From: Candidatus Latescibacterota bacterium
GTDB taxonomy: Bacteria; Latescibacterota; UBA2968
Direction: 5' to 3'
Length of the DNA: 64,000 nucleotides
NCBI GenBank assembly: GCA_965204375.1
Contig: OZ241986.1
Span: 1,696,001-1,760,000 of the forward strand
Within the stretch, counting starts at the first letter, position 1. Each line of letters begins with the position of its first letter. This document shows, one piece after another, positions 59,843 through 64,000 of the stretch. The notes below the pieces were generated by a model. That model was not told where the DNA came from. It made no database searches and was given only the letters and a program-made list of their open reading frames with translations. The position numbers were made by a program, and so were the translations under genes.

Positions 59843-60166
59843 ATGGCGTATGAGATTGTGACGCTGGGTGGCAAAGAAATTGAGGTGGATGAAGATGGAT
59901 TTATCCAGCAACCCGAGCTTTGGGACGAAGATGTAGCGCGCGATCTGGCCCAACAAGATGGCATTGAGGAGATGACCGCAGATCACTGGCAGGTAGTATA
60001 TTACATCCGCAATTACTGGTTGAAATTTGAAATCGCCCCATTGATCCGTCGTTTATGCAAAGAGACAGAGAAAGATATCGATACAATTTACGATCTGTTT
60101 ACGGCAGGTCCCGCAGATGGCGCGTGTAAAATCGCGGGCTTGCCAACGCCTACGGGGTGTACGTGA
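59843..60166 (+). CDS. dsrC: DsrC-type sulfur carrier (TusE/DsrC/DsvC family) with both C-terminal cysteines
   Basis: VDEDGF...W.EDVA..LA...MTADHW.VV.YIR...LF..GP..GACKIAGLPTPTGC (C-X10-C). Confidence 0.85.
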   Translation: MAYEIVTLGGKEIEVDEDGFIQQPELWDEDVARDLAQQDGIEEMTADHWQVVYYIRNYWLKFEIAPLIRRLCKETEKDIDTIYDLFTAGPADGACKIAGLPTPTGCT

Positions 60167-60172
60167 CCAACT

Positions 60173-61069
60173 CTACCCCGTACGCGCTTGAATATTCGAC
60201 ATATCTTCGATAACCGTGAGCAAACCCGAATGGTCAAGCTCTCCGCGGCCTTTGACCATTGCGGTCTTGAAAAGCTCAAAGACCTCGCTGGTAACGGGCA
60301 ATGGCACACCAAAATCATTGCTCGTTTTCTGGATAATATTGAGATCTTTGTAGTGCAGGCGAATGCGAAAGCCGGGATCAAAATCGCCGTTGACCATGCG
60401 CTCGCCCCTGTTCTCAAGAACCCCACAGCGGGCGAGGCCCCCGCTGAGCACCTGAACGATTTTGATTGGATCAACGCCCGCTTTGGTGCCCATTGTGAGG
60501 GCTTCTGATACGCCGGCAATGGTGACAGCAACGAGAATCTGGTTGCACGCTTTCACGGTTTGCCCCGCACCGAGAGGTCCACACAAAATCGCACTTTGGC
60601 CCATAACGTCAAAGAGCGGTTTGACCGTGTTGAACGTATCTTCATCGCCGCCAACCATAATGGAAAGAGTGGCGTTTTGAGCACCTATGTCACCGCCGCT
60701 GACAGGTGCATCCAGGCTTTTAACGCCTTTTTCCGCAAGCACCTCCCCCACCTGCGTGGTGACACTGGGCGCAATCGTACTCATATCGACGAATGTCAGC
60801 CCCTCATGCGCACCTTCAATAATGCCGCCCTCGCCCAAAGCAACACTTTCAACATCGGGCGAATCGGGCAACATAGTGATAACAATATCGCTTTGTTCCG
60901 CCACCTCTTTGCCAGAGTACGCTTCTATAGCCCCTTTGCCCACGAGTTCATCAACCGCATCTCGATTGCGATTGTGTACGACGAGTTCATATCCAGCATC
61001 TATCAAATGACCGGCCATCGGCTTGCCCATGATCCCGAGACCGATAAACCCAATTTTTGGCTTCGACAT
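60173..61069 (-). CDS. garR: 2-hydroxy-3-oxopropionate (tartronate semialdehyde) reductase
   Basis: IGFIGLGIMGKPMA, ITMLPDSPDV, LDAPVSGG, GAGQTVKACNQI, PGFRIRLHYKDL. Confidence 0.85.
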   Translation of the reverse strand: MSKPKIGFIGLGIMGKPMAGHLIDAGYELVVHNRNRDAVDELVGKGAIEAYSGKEVAEQSDIVITMLPDSPDVESVALGEGGIIEGAHEGLTFVDMSTIAPSVTTQVGEVLAEKGVKSLDAPVSGGDIGAQNATLSIMVGGDEDTFNTVKPLFDVMGQSAILCGPLGAGQTVKACNQILVAVTIAGVSEALTMGTKAGVDPIKIVQVLSGGLARCGVLENRGERMVNGDFDPGFRIRLHYKDLNIIQKTSNDFGVPLPVTSEVFELFKTAMVKGRGELDHSGLLTVIEDMSNIQARTG

Positions 61070-61145
61070 ATATTAAATCCCTTTCAATAGATAGTTTGCT
61101 CTTATCCTGCGGTCTGCGATAAATATAATCGCTTTTAAAGATATT

Positions 61146-62069
61146 CTACAACTTCCTCAACTCTGCAAGTGATGGAAAGGCATGGCGCTCCCACACCCGC
61201 ACGATCACCCCATCCACGATATAAGCCAGTCGCGGATAGCCATGCCCCCGGGTCAACCGCTTGAAATCGGCAATAGAAATGGCGGCGATGGCAAAGCGCG
61301 GTTGGAACTGAATTTTGAACTGCATAGTATCGGGATGGTCTTTGGGATATTGGCTCAAAGCAATCAATTTGGGCACCTCTGGATCGGCAGCCCATGCATT
61401 GAGCTTGGGCACGGCGACCTGGCAATAGTGGCAACCTGGACTGAACAACTCAATCAGATAGTCTCCCCGCGTCAAATCGATATCCGCATCCAACAGAGAG
61501 ACACCTTTCAGATAATCACCCACCTGCAGGTCTGAATCGGCTATGCGATCACGCTCGGGCAAATAGCGAAAACCCAGCACCGTTAGAGAAACCAATCCAC
61601 CGACCAGAACCACCCATCGCCCCCATGCCCATAGCGCAACAGACCGCCGGCGCAGACCCCAATAAGAAAAGACCAGCAACCCCAGCATGAGAAAATTTTC
61701 CGCCATCGCCTCACCCGGCGAGCGTTCGACCAGCGTGCCAAAACACCCGCAACTCTCCCCCATCCCCTGTTTCCATGCCTGAGCGGTAATCACAAGAAAA
61801 AAAACCATCATTACCGCACCGATGGGCAAAAAGAGACGCGGCTTCCAATCGACCAGAAGCGCGAGACCCACCAGGCATTCCAGCGGCCCGAGCAACAGAG
61901 CGAACCTGGCGACCGTTTCCACTGTCTCGCGCCCGACAAAAATTTGGGCGGGCGTCACAGCCTCCCAAAAAAAGAGCACGGGATCCCATATCTTAGTTAG
62001 ACCAGCCACCAGAAAAACCACACCCATAATCCGCTGGCTTACCCACAGGCTCTTTTCTAATCCACTCAT
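61146..62069 (-). CDS. MauE/DoxX-family membrane protein fused to a thioredoxin-like domain
   Basis: GVVFLVAGLTKIWDP, SCGCFG, C-terminal FSPGCHYC and YP motifs. Confidence 0.78.
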   Translation of the reverse strand: MSGLEKSLWVSQRIMGVVFLVAGLTKIWDPVLFFWEAVTPAQIFVGRETVETVARFALLLGPLECLVGLALLVDWKPRLFLPIGAVMMVFFLVITAQAWKQGMGESCGCFGTLVERSPGEAMAENFLMLGLLVFSYWGLRRRSVALWAWGRWVVLVGGLVSLTVLGFRYLPERDRIADSDLQVGDYLKGVSLLDADIDLTRGDYLIELFSPGCHYCQVAVPKLNAWAADPEVPKLIALSQYPKDHPDTMQFKIQFQPRFAIAAISIADFKRLTRGHGYPRLAYIVDGVIVRVWERHAFPSLAELRKL

Positions 62070-62083
62070 AGATGTTTCCTCTT

Positions 62084-62914
62084 TCAGTTAATAAATAACG
62101 GCTGATCGGATCGCGGTACAATACCCGCTTCTTCCGCACGCGCAAAAAGATCGACCAGTGCAGCCTCACCATCTGCGCCATAATCCAACGTGTAGTCATT
62201 GACGTAGAGATCGATGTGTTGCTGTATCACGGCTTCGTCTATCTCCTGTGCGTGCTGGCGAATGTAATTTTTAACTGCACCAAGATTAGAATGTGCATAC
62301 TCCACACTGGCGCAAAGAGATACATCAATCTGTTGAATTTTTTCTACACCGAGATCGCGTCGGGCGAGAATACCGCCGAGCGGAATGGGATGTCCCGTAG
62401 ATCCCTCCCACCATTCGCCCAGGTCAATGACTTTGTGCAGACCATAATCGGGATAGGTAAATCGCGATTCGTGGATAATCACGCCGGCATCAATATCACC
62501 TTTTTGCGTGGCCTCCATAATCTCGTGAAAAGGCATTGCGACGAGGTTGTCAAGCGCGGGATTAAAGAGACGCAGCAAGAGCGCAGCCGTGGTGAGCTCG
62601 CCTGGAATAGCGATGCGTTTTCCCAACAAATCGCGTGGATCAAGGGAGTCGGACGCGATAACGAGCGGGCCACACCCGCGCCCCAATGCCCCCCCTGAAT
62701 GCAACAGGCAATACCGGTCTCGCATAAATGCAAGCGCGTGGAATGATATTTTGGTCATATCCAATTTACCTGCCATAGCCATGCGATTCAAGGTCTCAAT
62801 ATCTTCGAGAATCTCGCGGCATCTGGGCGCGCCGTCAATTTTCCCGTGAACCAGACCGTAAAAAATATACGTGTCATTGGGACAAGGAGAATAACCGAGA
62901 GAAATGCGAGACAT
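62084..62914 (-). CDS. mqnD: 1,4-dihydroxy-6-naphthoate synthase (futalosine pathway)
   Basis: LGYSPCPNDT, GGALGRGCGP, IIHESRFTY, DLGEWW, PIPLGGI, HIDLYVN. Start MSRIS at 62914. Confidence 0.93.
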   Translation of the reverse strand: MSRISLGYSPCPNDTYIFYGLVHGKIDGAPRCREILEDIETLNRMAMAGKLDMTKISFHALAFMRDRYCLLHSGGALGRGCGPLVIASDSLDPRDLLGKRIAIPGELTTAALLLRLFNPALDNLVAMPFHEIMEATQKGDIDAGVIIHESRFTYPDYGLHKVIDLGEWWEGSTGHPIPLGGILARRDLGVEKIQQIDVSLCASVEYAHSNLGAVKNYIRQHAQEIDEAVIQQHIDLYVNDYTLDYGADGEAALVDLFARAEEAGIVPRSDQPLFIN

Positions 62915-62927
62915 GGTGAACCTCGTG

Positions 62928-63647
62928 TCATAGGGCCTCAATGAATTTTCGCGCTGCGATTTGCACCCTCTGGACAGCGCGAGGAATATCCCAGGCGTCA
63001 TTGTTGCGATCTTCTACAAGATTACTAATAGCGCGCAATTCGAGAAATGGAACGGCATAAAGCGTGCAGACATGCGCTGCAGCCGCGCCCTCCATGTTTT
63101 CACATATCGCATTGAAACGCGCTGCCAGTTCATTGCCAATATCCACGCGCCCCGTACATTGTTGCACCGAAACAAAAGGACCCTGCACAACGCGTTCACC
63201 CGATTGTTCGAGTATGTGTTGCGCTCTGGCGACAAGCGCGGGATCAATAGGATACACATTGTAATAATCGCGGTTGGTCGATAGGACGGGAATGCCGATC
63301 TCATCGGCAGGCAACCAGCCAGCAGGTGTGATAACACCTAAATCGCCATAATTTTCCTCGGTTGCAAGTGCGAGATCGCCCTTGTCCAGGCCACTGCCGA
63401 GATAAGCACCACCAATGCCGATTTGCAAGACGAGTTCAGGATCGATTTTTTGCAGTGCAACAGTCAGAGCCTGCGCCGTATTGACCGCGCCAATACCCGT
63501 TTCAACCAAAACAACGGGCCTGATGCCAATCATACCGCGAACCCAGGCGCGATGTCCCCTGCGCTGTGTTGTCACCTCTTGAAGGCTATCGCGCAAACGC
63601 TGTTGCTCATAAGCCGTCGCTGTCAGGATGAGCAGAGGATCGGGCAT
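62928..63647 (-). CDS. mqnB: Futalosine hydrolase
   Basis: GIGAVNTA, GIGGAY, ENMEGAAAAH, ELRAISNLVEDR...WDIP; adjacent to mqnD. Confidence 0.9.
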   Translation of the reverse strand: MPDPLLILTATAYEQQRLRDSLQEVTTQRRGHRAWVRGMIGIRPVVLVETGIGAVNTAQALTVALQKIDPELVLQIGIGGAYLGSGLDKGDLALATEENYGDLGVITPAGWLPADEIGIPVLSTNRDYYNVYPIDPALVARAQHILEQSGERVVQGPFVSVQQCTGRVDIGNELAARFNAICENMEGAAAAHVCTLYAVPFLELRAISNLVEDRNNDAWDIPRAVQRVQIAARKFIEAL

Positions 63648-63657
63648 GGTCGAGCAC

Positions 63658-64000
63658 CTAAAAAGAAAAGGGCATCTTCAGAGGCACGGTTCGCCGTGCA
63701 GATTCATACCATCCCTGAGGTGCGAAATGGTCGGAATGCAAATAGCATTTTACATCTACCTGATCACACCCCTCGGTAAAGGTCAAAACGCGACTCATCG
63801 GCACGTTCTTTTGCCCGTGAAATTTTGAAATCGCAGCGACGTTAATAAATGTCGCGCCCCACTTCTGTTCCACATGCGAACGTCCGCCGGTCGTATCTTC
63901 GGGATTTGTATGCGTGTGTCCACCCAGCCAGATATCACAAACACCGGGATTATCCGCCAGAACGCCTTCAAATTGTCCGCTATCTGGTTTGCCACCCACC
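63658..64000 (-). CDS. Probable metallophosphoesterase, C-terminal part (5' end beyond the window)
   Basis: Open frame to the window edge with a WLGGHTH motif. Confidence 0.6.
   Translation of the reverse strand, partial: VGGKPDSGQFEGVLADNPGVCDIWLGGHTHTNPEDTTGGRSHVEQKWGATFINVAAISKFHGQKNVPMSRVLTFTEGCDQVDVKCYLHSDHFAPQGWYESARRTVPLKMPFSF

Overview
Bacterial chromosomal window, mostly housekeeping. An FCB-superphylum diderm such as Latescibacterota/Gemmatimonadota is my inference from the GWxTD protein, FlgD-Ig C-terminal domain, futalosine genes, BamD and a Bacteroidota-type sigma70. The window appears to contain the replication terminus: a good dif site at 18751-18778, with gene orientation and G/C skew reversing around it. 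Left of dif lies a ~14 kb operon that combines RND and ABC transport. It encodes an ABC ATPase, an ABC permease fused to a catalytically dead M1-peptidase fold and a Golvesin-like domain, an MFP, an RND permease, an RND permease fused to an interrupted ABC ATPase, and a second ABC permease. Right of dif are an HTH/coiled-coil gene, gcvT, a 195-bp MITE, leuS-asnS, the rimP-nusA-infB-rbfA-truB-ribF-rpsO-pnp cluster, der, bamD-nadD-zapA, rbsK, purB-rfbC-purL, hydrolase/sulfatase genes, a GWxTD protein and a sigma factor. These are followed by a nitroreductase-DsrM-DsrK-cysteine desulfurase-DsrC operon with no dsrAB in the window, then garR and mqnB/mqnD. Many intergenic gaps carry degenerate 7-9 bp tandem repeats, often as inverted pairs. 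No rRNA, tRNA or CRISPR array was seen. All assignments come from motif recognition by eye, not from database searches.
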